Under the pieces are notes generated by a model. It saw only the letters and a program-made list of their open reading frames with translations, was not told the origin of the DNA and did no database searches. The position numbers and the translations under genes are program-made. A DNA stretch of 64,000 nucleotides, taken from the IMG/VR virus record IMGVR_UViG_3300046170_000378, positions 124,001 through 188,000 of that record. One strand, written 5' to 3'. Of the stretch, positions 9,054 through 19,567 are shown piece after piece. Position 1 is the stretch's first letter, and every line of letters begins with the position of its first letter.

Positions 9054-10262
9054 ATGAACATCGAAGCGCTAGAAAATAAATCTATCGAGGAATTGACTGA
9101 TAATGAGGCGAAGCTGCTTGTAGATCACTACAAGCAGCTTTCAGCCAAATATACAGCATATGAACAAGCAGTTAAGTTAACACTAAACTCGATCTACGGA
9201 GCCTTCGGTAATAAGTGGTTCCACTTTTTTAATATTGACATTGCCGAGTCAATTACAAAACAAGGCAAAAATGCAATTCTCTACTCAGAAACAATTCTTA
9301 ATAAATATGTTAATGAGTTTTGGCACAAAGACACAGCAGTCCACGCACATTTCGGTATCAAAGTAAAGGGTAAAATTGAAAAACCTGCAGTAATTTATAT
9401 TGATACAGATTCATGTTACGTACAGTTTCAGGATTTGTATGAATCAATAATTTGGCCAGAAGAAACCGAGAAGATGGAAATTGATGTGTTTATTTTAGCA
9501 CTTTATGGATTTAGGCTTAAAGATTATATAGCTAAATGTATGGAGAAGTATGCAGAAAAAAGAAACACAGATAATTATTTAATATTCGAACTAGAGGCGC
9601 TCGCGTACAATGGTATTTGGATGTCCAAGAAAAAGTATATTCAAAACATAGCATGGGACGATAAGTTAGAAATTACAGATCGTCACAAATCATTGAAGAA
9701 AATTAAGACAATTGGATTTGATACGATTCAATCTTCAACGCCCAAATTTGTTAGAGAAAAACTAGTAGAAGCACTTAAAATTATCTTTAAAAGTAGAGTA
9801 ACTCCAACTGCAGAAGATCTACAAGCATTGGTTGTTTTTATGAAAGAAACCAAGAAACAATTCAAACTGGCAGATATTGATGAGATTTCATTTAATAGAA
9901 GAACCAACAATATCGATAAGTATATTGTAGATGATCAGACAGAATTTCAGATAGGACTAAAATGTCCAGCCAATGTTAAAGCCGCAGGATATTATAACTA
10001 TCTACTAAATAACAATAAAAAGTATAAAAACAAATATAAGGTTATTGGTAACGGTGAAAAGCTAAAGATTTATAACTGTAAATCACCAATATCAGAGGTT
10101 TATGCATATATGCCAAATGAACACCCTTATGAAATTGCTCCAGAAATTGATTACGACACTCAATTTGAAAAAGCAATGATTGATCCTCTTAATAGAGTAT
10201 TGACAGCAATTGGTCTACAAACACTAGACACTAATCTAATTTACGCATCGTCGTTATTTTAA
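9054..10262 (+). CDS. Family B DNA polymerase, C-terminal subunit (gp43B-like: motifs B and C, thumb)
   Basis: KLTLNSIYGAFGN (motif B), YIDTDS (motif C), KKKY. Confidence 0.92.
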   Translation: MNIEALENKSIEELTDNEAKLLVDHYKQLSAKYTAYEQAVKLTLNSIYGAFGNKWFHFFNIDIAESITKQGKNAILYSETILNKYVNEFWHKDTAVHAHFGIKVKGKIEKPAVIYIDTDSCYVQFQDLYESIIWPEETEKMEIDVFILALYGFRLKDYIAKCMEKYAEKRNTDNYLIFELEALAYNGIWMSKKKYIQNIAWDDKLEITDRHKSLKKIKTIGFDTIQSSTPKFVREKLVEALKIIFKSRVTPTAEDLQALVVFMKETKKQFKLADIDEISFNRRTNNIDKYIVDDQTEFQIGLKCPANVKAAGYYNYLLNNNKKYKNKYKVIGNGEKLKIYNCKSPISEVYAYMPNEHPYEIAPEIDYDTQFEKAMIDPLNRVLTAIGLQTLDTNLIYASSLF

Positions 10263-10272
10263 AAAAAACATT

Positions 10273-10428
10273 ATGACACCAACATTTTACGAAACTATTT
10301 TAAGTTTAACAAAGCAAACACCTAATGACATGGAACTAGGTAATGCAGTAAGAAGATTAATTTGGAAATTAGATGCAGCTGAAGCGTCAGATCCAAATCA
10401 ATTAAAAATTAATTTTCCAGAAGAATAA
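10273..10428 (+). CDS. Hypothetical protein (51 aa)
   Basis: Manually read ORF MTPTFYETILSLTKQTPNDMELGNAVRR... Confidence 0.55.
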   Translation: MTPTFYETILSLTKQTPNDMELGNAVRRLIWKLDAAEASDPNQLKINFPEE

Positions 10429-10429
10429 C

Positions 10430-10639
10430 ATGCACGTAGAATTAACAACTAGGCAAAAAGAATATGTTGAACAGTATCAATATATTTTAAATAGATTAAA
10501 CCAAATTCAAAAAGAATTAAGCTCTCTTGGTCAAGAATCAACAGACCTTATCAAAAATCTTCAAGAATTAAGAGAGGCTGAGTCTATTGAATTTCCAAAT
10601 GCAAACTTAATAGAAACATTAAAAGAAGCCGACGAGTAA
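10430..10639 (+). CDS. Hypothetical coiled-coil protein
   Basis: ORF track; heptad pattern. Confidence 0.6.
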   Translation: MHVELTTRQKEYVEQYQYILNRLNQIQKELSSLGQESTDLIKNLQELREAESIEFPNANLIETLKEADE

Positions 10640-10651
10640 GTCGGTTTTTTT
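10626..10651 (+). terminator. Rho-independent terminator
   Basis: AGCCGAC...GTCGGTTTTTTT. Confidence 0.7.
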
Positions 10652-10656
10652 ATTTA

Positions 10657-10683
10657 GAAACAAACGAAGTTATAGTGATATAA
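10657..10683 (+). promoter_or_regulatory. Putative middle promoter GAAAC-N17-TATAA
   Basis: Upstream of uvsX. Confidence 0.6.
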
Positions 10684-10706
10684 CCTTAAACAAAAAGTAT
10701 AATTAC

Positions 10707-11816
10707 ATGGCAAAGAAAGATTTTAGTTTTGACGATATAAACGCTGAGTTAAAACAATTGAATCCTATGGGATCAATTATGGCAGACTCAACTTTTAGTG
10801 AAGTTACAGAGTGGATTGACACTGGTAACTATCACTTGAATGCATGTGTTAGTGGTTCACTTTTCGGTGGATGGCCAAACAGTAGAACATGTTCAATCGC
10901 AGGACCCTCAGGAACTGGTAAAACATTCTTAGTATTGAACTCAGTAAAAAGAGCAATCGATATGGGATATAATGTGATCTATTATGATAGTGAAGCTGCG
11001 GTAGATAAAGATCAAATGGAAAAGTTTGGTATTGATGTTACTAAAGTAAATTATCAACCAATTAACACTGTTCAAGAATTTAGAACATCGGTTACTACAT
11101 TAACTAGTAAGATGCAAGAGATCAAAAGAGTTGGTGGTAAAACACCAAAGGTTATGATGATTCTAGATTCTGCAGGTAACTTAGCAACACAAAAAGAAAT
11201 TGAAGATGCAAAATCAGGATCTGAAAAAGCAGATATGACAAGATCTAAGGTGCTAAAATCTATTTTTAGAATCATTATGACACCTTTAGCAGATCTTAAG
11301 ATACCGTTTATTTTTACTAACCATACTTATCAGACTCAAGATTTTATCTCAAGACAAGTAGCTGGTGGTGGAACTGGACCAGAATATGCAGCATCTATTG
11401 TTCTATTCTTAGGAAAGGCGCAACTTAAAGAATCTAGTGGTGAAAAAGCAGGTATTATTGTAACTGCTAAGCCAAATAAGAATCGTTTTGCAAAACCACA
11501 TAATATTAAATTTCACCTACACTTTACAGAAGGTATGAACAGATATGTTGGGTTAGAACAATATATTGATTGGGAAGAAATTGGTATTACAAAGGGTGTT
11601 ATCGAAAAGGGTGAGAAGATCCCTAAGAAAACTGCAAGAAATTGGATCTGTAAGCACTTAGACGAAACTGTACCTAATAAAGATTTCTTCTCAGAGAAAG
11701 TATTTACACAAGAAGTATTAGAAAAGATTGAAGCTAGAATCAAACATGTCTTTAATTACAATACTGAAGAAAGAGAAATAGACTTAGACGAAATATTAGA
11801 AGAGGATGCAAATTAA
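10707..11816 (+). CDS. uvsX: RecA-like recombinase (UvsX)
   Basis: IDTGNYHLN, GPSGTGKT, YYDSEAA, ILDSAGNL, GGGTG. Confidence 0.92.
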   Translation: MAKKDFSFDDINAELKQLNPMGSIMADSTFSEVTEWIDTGNYHLNACVSGSLFGGWPNSRTCSIAGPSGTGKTFLVLNSVKRAIDMGYNVIYYDSEAAVDKDQMEKFGIDVTKVNYQPINTVQEFRTSVTTLTSKMQEIKRVGGKTPKVMMILDSAGNLATQKEIEDAKSGSEKADMTRSKVLKSIFRIIMTPLADLKIPFIFTNHTYQTQDFISRQVAGGGTGPEYAASIVLFLGKAQLKESSGEKAGIIVTAKPNKNRFAKPHNIKFHLHFTEGMNRYVGLEQYIDWEEIGITKGVIEKGEKIPKKTARNWICKHLDETVPNKDFFSEKVFTQEVLEKIEARIKHVFNYNTEEREIDLDEILEEDAN

Positions 11817-12105
11817 TCAGGATAATCTACCCATAAAATATGTTATGGGCATAGAAAAAGATTTACCTGAATATCCAACCGGCTTTGACATACTCTACAA
11901 AGAGATACAATTGTGTGTTAGAATGCCAGATAGACATAAAGGCAATTTTACTTTACATGCCCTAAAAACATATAGGTTTACAGAAACCGACGAATCTAAA
12001 TTATTAGAATCTATCGAAGATTTAGTTAATCTAGGTATTGTAGAACCAGTAAACACCGAGAAGGGCAAGCTTTCTTGGAAAATAATTCAAAACCCATTCG
12101 CATGA
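11806..12105 (+). CDS. Hypothetical protein (possible winged helix)
   Basis: ORF track; translationally coupled. Confidence 0.6.
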   Translation: MQINQDNLPIKYVMGIEKDLPEYPTGFDILYKEIQLCVRMPDRHKGNFTLHALKTYRFTETDESKLLESIEDLVNLGIVEPVNTEKGKLSWKIIQNPFA

Positions 12106-12683
12106 TAACAGTAATTGACGATTTTATAAAAGATAAAAATCTCTTAGAAGAGATACAATCAAACGCACAGGATATATTTAAAGATCCAGGCGTTTACAAG
12201 TGGTATGATGGTTGGTGGAATTCACCGGTAAATAATACTACTAAAAAAATTATAGAATATGCATGGGGGCAGAATTGTCCAATTTCAACATCATATGATA
12301 TTTCTGGATTTGAATATTGGACTGGCATTCAACAGTCAAATCAAAACGGTCAAGATTTTGATGACTATTTAGAAATGCATTTCGATAAAGACGAAGCTTG
12401 GTTTGAAAAAACAGGAGAATTTAAAACCCCAATAATGGGATCTATTTATTATCCACACCAAGACGAGTTTGAAGGTGGAATGTTAGAAATATATTCTAAT
12501 GGAGATGAAAATCCACCAGAAGTACTTTATGCTAAACCAAATAGGCTGATTATATTCGAAGCTGGTAAACATCCACACCAGGTCACAGTAGTTACAAAAG
12601 GAACTAGATACGCAGTGGCCATAAATTTATGGGACGAGGAGCCTTATAGTAAACAAATTGGTAAATTTACCATAGAAGGATAA
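12102..12683 (+). CDS. 2OG-Fe(II) oxygenase (prolyl-hydroxylase-like)
   Basis: HFD...EGGML...HPHQV...GTRY: HxD..H..R jelly-roll motif; ATG at 12102 overlaps the upstream stop. Confidence 0.85.
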   Translation: MITVIDDFIKDKNLLEEIQSNAQDIFKDPGVYKWYDGWWNSPVNNTTKKIIEYAWGQNCPISTSYDISGFEYWTGIQQSNQNGQDFDDYLEMHFDKDEAWFEKTGEFKTPIMGSIYYPHQDEFEGGMLEIYSNGDENPPEVLYAKPNRLIIFEAGKHPHQVTVVTKGTRYAVAINLWDEEPYSKQIGKFTIEG

Positions 12684-12693
12684 ACAACATTAT

Positions 12694-14010
12694 ATGCAAT
12701 TCGGTCAAGATTTTGAAAAAATATTTTTTAGGTTATCATTAATCAAGCCTAAATATCTACAGAGTATTAAGAAAAGTTTTTATACTTCTGAAGAAATAGA
12801 TCTGTTAAGTTATTTAGCTAATAAGTTTTATGATAAATTTCATGAAACACCAAGTAAAGAGCAGTTATGGTTATTGGTTAATAGACATGAAAGGGCAAAG
12901 GAAAAGATTAATGAAGATTTATTAGACCTAGTATTTAAAACAGATCTTGATCAATATGACGAAGAATGGTTAACTACTACAGCTGAATCTTGGATTAAAT
13001 GGCGCACCTTTGACACCACACTAATAGATACTATAGAATTTATTAAGACTACTAAGGTAACACCTGAGAACGCAGACACTGTTATCCAAAAGGTTAAAGG
13101 TCTTATTAATGAAAGAAACAATCTTAGTTTTAATTCTGATCTTGGTTTAGACTTCTTTGATGTAGAATCACACGATCAAAAAGAATCAGAAAAAGTAAGT
13201 TCAGGATATAATTTTATTGACAGGCTTTTAGGAGGTGGATATGACAAGGGAGGTAACTTAATTGTATATGCTGGAGAACAGAATATTGGTAAGTCAATAT
13301 ATCTAGCAAATGATGCAGCAAACTTTGTAAAAATGGGAACTAACACTGTGGTTATTACCGCAGAAATGGCAGCTCATAAATTTGTAAAGAGAATTGGATC
13401 AAATCTTCTTAGCGTAAACATTAATGAATACGCAGAAAAGGCAAAGAATAAAGATCACATTAAGAGAAGGCTAGAAACGGTCGGCGATGGTTTTACACCA
13501 CCCGGTCAACTGTTTATTAAGCAAATGCCAACGTCACAGGCAACAGTATTAGATATTGAAGCGTATGTTAGTCAAATTGAAGAAGAGCGTCAGATTAAGA
13601 TCGGTGCAGTTGTGGTAGATTACATAAATATCTTAGCAAACTACAGAAATTTAAACACGGAAAATACTTATATGAAGATCAAGCAAATTGCAGAAGATCT
13701 TAGAGCTATGGGTATTAGAAATGATTGGTTGATAGTCACAGCGACTCAGATAAATAGAAATGGCTACAATTCTTCAGACATTTCAATGACAGACGTTGCA
13801 GAATCTGCAGGTCTTTCTCACACAGCAGACATCATGTTAGGTATTATACAAGATGATCTTATGCGAGCTAATGACGAATATTGGCTTAAGATTTTAAAAA
13901 TTAGGGACGGCGAGGGCAAAGGAACTAAGTGTAAATTGAATATTAATTGGAATTACATGAGGCTAATTGAAACCGACGACATTACAAATTCAAACTTACA
14001 CGGAATATAA
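12694..14010 (+). CDS. Replicative DnaB-like helicase (gp41)
   Basis: GEQNIGKS Walker A, ITAEM, VVDYINI, TATQINR, AESAGL. Confidence 0.92.
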   Translation: MQFGQDFEKIFFRLSLIKPKYLQSIKKSFYTSEEIDLLSYLANKFYDKFHETPSKEQLWLLVNRHERAKEKINEDLLDLVFKTDLDQYDEEWLTTTAESWIKWRTFDTTLIDTIEFIKTTKVTPENADTVIQKVKGLINERNNLSFNSDLGLDFFDVESHDQKESEKVSSGYNFIDRLLGGGYDKGGNLIVYAGEQNIGKSIYLANDAANFVKMGTNTVVITAEMAAHKFVKRIGSNLLSVNINEYAEKAKNKDHIKRRLETVGDGFTPPGQLFIKQMPTSQATVLDIEAYVSQIEEERQIKIGAVVVDYINILANYRNLNTENTYMKIKQIAEDLRAMGIRNDWLIVTATQINRNGYNSSDISMTDVAESAGLSHTADIMLGIIQDDLMRANDEYWLKILKIRDGEGKGTKCKLNINWNYMRLIETDDITNSNLHGI

Positions 14011-14012
14011 TT

Positions 14013-14450
14013 ATGGGAGCAAACGACAAAATATTTAACAATTCATTCGACGCACCAGACTTCGAATTAACAGACATAACATTTGATTTAGATCCTACAT
14101 TCAAGGACAATAGAGATGAAGAGATAAAAATTCATTTCGACATGATCGCTACAAAAATACATGCTCTTATAGAAGTTTCTAGATTTAAAAGCTTTAATGA
14201 AGTTGATGATTTAGGAAGATGCAATAAGCTTAAAAAATCAGACATTAATGATGTATATGGTTATATCTCAGACGAGATGGGAGCTAAATTTAGCCGTATA
14301 GATTTATTTAGCGAATTGTGTGTATACTTTGATATTAATCCAACTAAATTTTATAGTTCACTTTCAAATGTTTATAAAGAAGATCTAATACAAGAATTAG
14401 ATAAAAAGACTGGCGTTTTAGGAAAGAAGAACATTAACAAATTATTTTAA
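14013..14450 (+). CDS. Hypothetical protein
   Basis: ORF track, within replication operon. Confidence 0.65.
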   Translation: MGANDKIFNNSFDAPDFELTDITFDLDPTFKDNRDEEIKIHFDMIATKIHALIEVSRFKSFNEVDDLGRCNKLKKSDINDVYGYISDEMGAKFSRIDLFSELCVYFDINPTKFYSSLSNVYKEDLIQELDKKTGVLGKKNINKLF

Positions 14451-15565
14451 TGATTGACCAAAAGACATTGGGTCAAGAAGTCAAAAGAGTTTGGATTCTT
14501 GGCGATTTACACTTTGGCGTAAGAGCCAATTCTATGGAATGGTTAGAAATTCAAAAAGATTTCTTTGAGAATTTATTTATACCTACATTAAAGGAACACG
14601 TACAACCTGGAGATGTTCTAGTACAAGTGGGAGATACTTTTGATAATAGACAATCTATTAATATTAAAGTATTAAATTATGCAGTTAATCTATTTGAAAG
14701 ACTAGGTGAAATATTGCCAGTTCATGTTATATGTGGTAATCACGACATATGGGCTAAAAAGTCGAATGAGATAACATCGATCGATAGTTTAAAATGGATT
14801 CCTAATGTTCAGATCTATAAAGAACCTGAATTATTAAATTGGAATAATAGAAAGATATTAATGATGCCATGGAGAAGAGACGCAGAGCATGAAACTCAAA
14901 CTCTAGCAGATTTCCCACAAACAGATATTGTATTTTGTCATTCTGAAGTTAAAGGTATTTATCTTAATGCTAAAGTTAAGAATGAACACGGTACAGATTC
15001 TAATGTATATGATAAATACACACGGGTATACTCAGGACACATCCACTTTAGACAAGAACGTGGTAAGTTATTAATGGTTGGAACACCATATCAGTTGACC
15101 AGATCTGACGCAAATAACTCTAAGGGCTTTGATCTTGTAGATTTATCAAATATGGAAGAATCATTTTATGAGAATCATATTTCTCCTAAATTCCTTAAAT
15201 ACAATATTACGCAACTATTCGACATTACATTAGGGACATTTAAATCACAAATAGAAAATAATTTTGTTGACTTATTTGTGCCCAGTCAAATAGCCACTAC
15301 TAATGCTTTAAGTTTATTGATCAATAAGATTCAACACATAAGTAGAAAACTAGAGCCAAATATCTATCAAGAAGAAAACTACATCGACAAAGATTTTTAC
15401 GACATAGATGAGATAGAAGAAATGTATAAGAATTACAATATCTTAAATTTATGTGATATGTATGTTGATAGTATAGCAGATGATGAAGATATGAAACAAA
15501 AGCTCAAGACCAAATTAAAACAGCTGTACACACAATGTGCATATAACTACGATACAGAGGCATGA
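14450..15565 (+). CDS. Recombination endonuclease subunit (gp47/Mre11/SbcD-like)
   Basis: GDLHFG, VGDTFD, GNHD, SGHIH metallophosphoesterase motifs. Confidence 0.92.
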   Translation: MIDQKTLGQEVKRVWILGDLHFGVRANSMEWLEIQKDFFENLFIPTLKEHVQPGDVLVQVGDTFDNRQSINIKVLNYAVNLFERLGEILPVHVICGNHDIWAKKSNEITSIDSLKWIPNVQIYKEPELLNWNNRKILMMPWRRDAEHETQTLADFPQTDIVFCHSEVKGIYLNAKVKNEHGTDSNVYDKYTRVYSGHIHFRQERGKLLMVGTPYQLTRSDANNSKGFDLVDLSNMEESFYENHISPKFLKYNITQLFDITLGTFKSQIENNFVDLFVPSQIATTNALSLLINKIQHISRKLEPNIYQEENYIDKDFYDIDEIEEMYKNYNILNLCDMYVDSIADDEDMKQKLKTKLKQLYTQCAYNYDTEA

Positions 15566-17232
15566 GAATAGATTTTATAGAGTTTAAGAATTTTGCGAGT
15601 TATGGAAACCAGTTGCAAAGATTAGAATTTGAACAAACAAATTCTGAATTATTTTTGACACTTGGTAAAAATGGTGATGGTAAAACTACTATTGCTAACG
15701 CAATGATATATGCGCTTTACGGTAAAGTTGAAGGCGTCAAATTATCTGATCTACCAAATAGAATCAATAAAGAACTGTATGTCCGTATTGGATTAAAATG
15801 CGGAGCACTTAATGTCGAAATAGAAAGAGGATTATTGCCTAATAAATTTAGTGTCAAATTAAATGGTGTAGAATTCGATAAAGCCGGCAAAAAATCTGTA
15901 CAAGATTATCTAGAAGAAGAGGTCTTTGGTATTCCATATCACGTATTCAAAAACATTATTATTTTATCAGTAAATGATTTTAAATCATTTTTAACTATGT
16001 CTAATCAAGATAAAAAACAAATCATCGATAAGATGTTTGGTTTTTCTATTCTTAATGATATGCAGCGTCAAATAAAGGATGAAAGAAGACAGGTTAAGAT
16101 GGATATTGATTCATATGAAAGTGAACTCAATGAAATTATGAATTCAATAGGTTCTGTTAGAGGTAAGCTTAATACTTTATTAGAAGAATCAACCACTGCA
16201 AATAAATCAAAAATAGAGGAATTAAAAGAAAGTTTAGTTTCTCTTAAGTCCACAGTAGATGCATTAGACAAAGATAGAACAAATCACGAAAGTGAGATGA
16301 ATAAGTTTAATACGCAATATAATGATAAGCACTCAGATGCCAAAGACATTAAAAGAGAAATAGATTATCTCAATAAAAAATTAAAACTCTATGAAAGTGG
16401 TCATTGTCCAACATGTGAAACTAAATTAACTTCTGATTGGCACACAAACCAAATATGTGAATTTGAAGATAACATCAAAACTAACATGAACAATATCAAA
16501 TCACTTAAAGGTGAGATGGATGTTTTATCAGAAAGAGTAACGGATGCTAGAGAATCTAAATTAGAATTAGAGTCTCAAATTTCTGATCATAAAGTTACAA
16601 TGAGAGGCCTTAAAGGTGAATTGCTTAAATTAAAGAACACGCCAGCCGGTGGTGATTTTGATCATTTAAGAAATTTAATTACAGAATTTGAAGAAAAAGA
16701 ATCTGAAAAATCTAAAAGCAAAGATAACCTAAATGGAGATTATAGCTTTATGGAAATAGTTGAAAACATTTTAGGTGAAGATGGTGTTAAAAATCTAGCA
16801 GTGAAAACTATTCTACCAGGACTCAACACCAATATTGCAGCAATGGCTCAAACCATGCATTTACCATTTCATATAAGATTTGATGAGAAATTTAATTGTA
16901 TCATCAATCACTTAGGTGAAGATATTAATCCAATGACTTTGTCTACTGGTGAAAGAAAGAAGGCAGATTTTATTATTATCATTGCAATTATTAAAATACT
17001 TAAACTAAGATTTCCACAGCTTAATATGTTATTTTTAGATGAGCTTTTATCTTCAGTTGATCATGATGGTGTATACAATATCTTAAAGATTTTAAATCAG
17101 GTTATTAAAGAAAATAAGATTAATACATTTGTAATTAATCACACTGTACTACCTCATGAAATCTTCGATAAGAAGATACAAATTTATAGAGAAAATGGCT
17201 TTTCAAAACTATCTATAGAAAGCATAGAATAA
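15562..17232 (+). CDS. Recombination ATPase subunit (gp46/Rad50/SbcC-like)
   Basis: GKNGDGKTT, CPTC zinc hook in coiled coil, LSTGE signature, LFLDE. Confidence 0.92.
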   Translation: MRIDFIEFKNFASYGNQLQRLEFEQTNSELFLTLGKNGDGKTTIANAMIYALYGKVEGVKLSDLPNRINKELYVRIGLKCGALNVEIERGLLPNKFSVKLNGVEFDKAGKKSVQDYLEEEVFGIPYHVFKNIIILSVNDFKSFLTMSNQDKKQIIDKMFGFSILNDMQRQIKDERRQVKMDIDSYESELNEIMNSIGSVRGKLNTLLEESTTANKSKIEELKESLVSLKSTVDALDKDRTNHESEMNKFNTQYNDKHSDAKDIKREIDYLNKKLKLYESGHCPTCETKLTSDWHTNQICEFEDNIKTNMNNIKSLKGEMDVLSERVTDARESKLELESQISDHKVTMRGLKGELLKLKNTPAGGDFDHLRNLITEFEEKESEKSKSKDNLNGDYSFMEIVENILGEDGVKNLAVKTILPGLNTNIAAMAQTMHLPFHIRFDEKFNCIINHLGEDINPMTLSTGERKKADFIIIIAIIKILKLRFPQLNMLFLDELLSSVDHDGVYNILKILNQVIKENKINTFVINHTVLPHEIFDKKIQIYRENGFSKLSIESIE

Positions 17233-17238
17233 AGTCAT

Positions 17239-17246
17239 GATATATA
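17239..17246 (+). promoter_or_regulatory. Putative late promoter GATATATA
   Basis: Upstream of gp15-like gene. Confidence 0.55.
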
Positions 17247-17275
17247 AAACAACCATAAATACATACTTTAATTAA

Positions 17276-18322
17276 GTGGCTACATATAATCTTAAATACA
17301 ACAAAGACGATTCAGTTATTAGACATATCATTATAGGTCTATTAGCAGATCTAAATAGTAAATTAAGTTTTAAGAGACAGCTTACGAATGATAATAGAGT
17401 AGTTGTCGACGTTCCATTTTTTTATTCTGTTTCTGGGGATGAAAACTTCCTAAAAGATGCATTTTTATTTTCTAATGCAAATGGAGTTGGTTGTGATCCA
17501 GATGGAGAATTTGCAGATGGAAACTATGACAAAGTTCCAAGAGGAATTGTTAATCTAACATCATTTGCAGTTGATCCATCTAAATTAGTTAACAAAAGAA
17601 ATTTAGGTAATTATAACAGAATCAACGATGAGGGTTTTATGGAAGGTTTTGTTGCAGAATTTCAAATGATTCCTGTTAATGTAGGTGTAGATATTGAAAT
17701 TTTGCTTTCAAGTCAATTAGATTTGTTTAAAGTAACAGAAGCACTTGTTAAAAAAATGTATAAGGCTAATTTCTATCATGTAGATGCTGGACATATTGAA
17801 GACGGTACATATAGAATAAGTTCACAATACATGATGCCAGATGATTACACACAAGAAAGACCAATTGAATATGGATTCGACGATAAAGGAAATCATAAAG
17901 TAACTTTTAGCTTAGAGATAAATTCATTTATTCCTGATTTCCAATTTGAAGAAGATCAAATTAGAAAATATACCACTGAATACTTTTCACTTGGAGCTAA
18001 AGGTAATTTCGGAGATCCTAATGGATTTATAACTGGTATTCCAGTTGGACACGTATATTGTGATAATTCAACGGGTGCAAAATGGGAATTTAACGGTGAA
18101 GTTTGGCTACAAACAGGTATATGCGATGACGAGAACTTAGGAGAAAGACTAGAGCTTAGAGAAGAGATCGTTAACGTTACCAAAAGAAGAAAACAAAGTA
18201 ATAGAATGTTCACAATTGGTAATTCTTCAATAAATCTAGAAGATAAATTAACCGACCAAGAAAGAACTATGTTGGGGGACAATTATAACGTCACAGGGCG
18301 TGACTTACCATTCGATGAATAG
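17276..18322 (+). CDS. Tail terminator/sheath stabilizer (gp15-like)
   Basis: VDVPFFY...ENFL, VPRGIVNLTSFAVDPSK, PVNVGVDIEI parallel gp15; GTG start. Confidence 0.55.
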   Translation: MATYNLKYNKDDSVIRHIIIGLLADLNSKLSFKRQLTNDNRVVVDVPFFYSVSGDENFLKDAFLFSNANGVGCDPDGEFADGNYDKVPRGIVNLTSFAVDPSKLVNKRNLGNYNRINDEGFMEGFVAEFQMIPVNVGVDIEILLSSQLDLFKVTEALVKKMYKANFYHVDAGHIEDGTYRISSQYMMPDDYTQERPIEYGFDDKGNHKVTFSLEINSFIPDFQFEEDQIRKYTTEYFSLGAKGNFGDPNGFITGIPVGHVYCDNSTGAKWEFNGEVWLQTGICDDENLGERLELREEIVNVTKRRKQSNRMFTIGNSSINLEDKLTDQERTMLGDNYNVTGRDLPFDE

Positions 18323-18328
18323 TAGAAT

Positions 18329-18336
18329 GATATATA
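18329..18336 (+). promoter_or_regulatory. Putative late promoter GATATATA
   Basis: Upstream of 18362 ORF. Confidence 0.55.
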
Positions 18337-18361
18337 TAGTAAATAAAAAATCTTAAAAGAG

Positions 18362-19543
18362 ATGGCAAAATTAAATAAAAACATTATTTCACCTGTTTTA
18401 GAACACGGAAATGGCTATGTTTTCAATGTTGCTGGCCAAAATTTTAAAATAGTTGGAAGCCACATTGACATGTTCAACGAGGCTAATGCAGATTTTAATT
18501 CATTAATAGCAGGTCAAAGAACATTTAACATTAACGAAAATAGTGTTGACTTTATCTACGACTACAATAATAAATCAATAGTGTCTTCGATAGATGAAAG
18601 TGCATTCGATAATTTCAACAAAACAATCGAAGCTCAGGAAAAATTAGCTTTCTTAAAAGAAAGTACTAAAACTGTAAAGCTAGGAAAATCTACAGAAGCT
18701 TTAAATGAAGCTAAGAATGAAATCGCTCTATTAGAAGCGTTTCTTTCTACAATGAATAGATCTCCTAGAGCAATTAGATTCACATACAACGTAAGTGAAA
18801 ATACAGTTTTCGCAAATAACATTGAGATCTTAAATCACAGTGATTCTGTAGTAGAATCTATATTTGCTTCAGGATATATCAAATATGAAGATAAATCATT
18901 ATTTAGATTATTTGAATTTACTGGTAAAAACCACAGCGTTTATAAAAGATTAGATTTTATAGTAGAATCTAGATCTAACAATATTTCTATAGCAACAATG
19001 AAAGCTGGACATAACGTTTATGTTTGGAGATTAAACGAAGAAACTACTATCGGTAAATTTTCTAAATTATTACCAGACGCAGCGATTGATTATGTTGCAG
19101 AACACACAGGTGCAGATGTGACATTTTTAGTTGAAGATATTTTAGAATCATTTTCTGAGAGAAGAGATGCTAAAAGAACTAAAATTGCTCAACTACATGA
19201 AATGATCGCATTTCTAAAAGATCAAAAAGGACGTATAGCAGAAGCTGATAGAAATCTACCAGATATTAAAGCAGCGGATAATTTGATCAATACAGAAATA
19301 GCTAGATTGAGTGAAGAATTAACAGACGCTCAAAATGAAGAGTTACTTGGACTATCTGACGGATATTTAGATGCAACTATTTCTAGAGAAGCTGAAGGTT
19401 TAAAAATTGGAGATGCCATCAAAGTAGATGCAGTAGAATACGCGGCAGCTGGAAAAGATGACACACTAACTGTTTTTGCAAATGACGAACCGCTTAGAAT
19501 TGAAAAATTTAGAGTTGAGTTAGAAGCAGGCTCAGGAGTCTAA
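18362..19543 (+). CDS. Hypothetical protein, probably virion-associated
   Basis: 393-aa ORF with late motif upstream. Confidence 0.65.
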   Translation: MAKLNKNIISPVLEHGNGYVFNVAGQNFKIVGSHIDMFNEANADFNSLIAGQRTFNINENSVDFIYDYNNKSIVSSIDESAFDNFNKTIEAQEKLAFLKESTKTVKLGKSTEALNEAKNEIALLEAFLSTMNRSPRAIRFTYNVSENTVFANNIEILNHSDSVVESIFASGYIKYEDKSLFRLFEFTGKNHSVYKRLDFIVESRSNNISIATMKAGHNVYVWRLNEETTIGKFSKLLPDAAIDYVAEHTGADVTFLVEDILESFSERRDAKRTKIAQLHEMIAFLKDQKGRIAEADRNLPDIKAADNLINTEIARLSEELTDAQNEELLGLSDGYLDATISREAEGLKIGDAIKVDAVEYAAAGKDDTLTVFANDEPLRIEKFRVELEAGSGV

Positions 19544-19567
19544 ACTAATCTAATATAATTAATACTT

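Noticed and set aside
4380-9180. Split intein joining the polymerase halves
   Set aside because: No Cys/Ser-initiated N-intein after the first half and no His-Asn/Cys junction at the start of the second half.
12102-12683. TET/JBP base-oxidising dioxygenase
   Set aside because: Motif spacing and context resemble P4H-type 2OG-FeII_Oxy_3 enzymes; no TET/JBP-specific features recognised.
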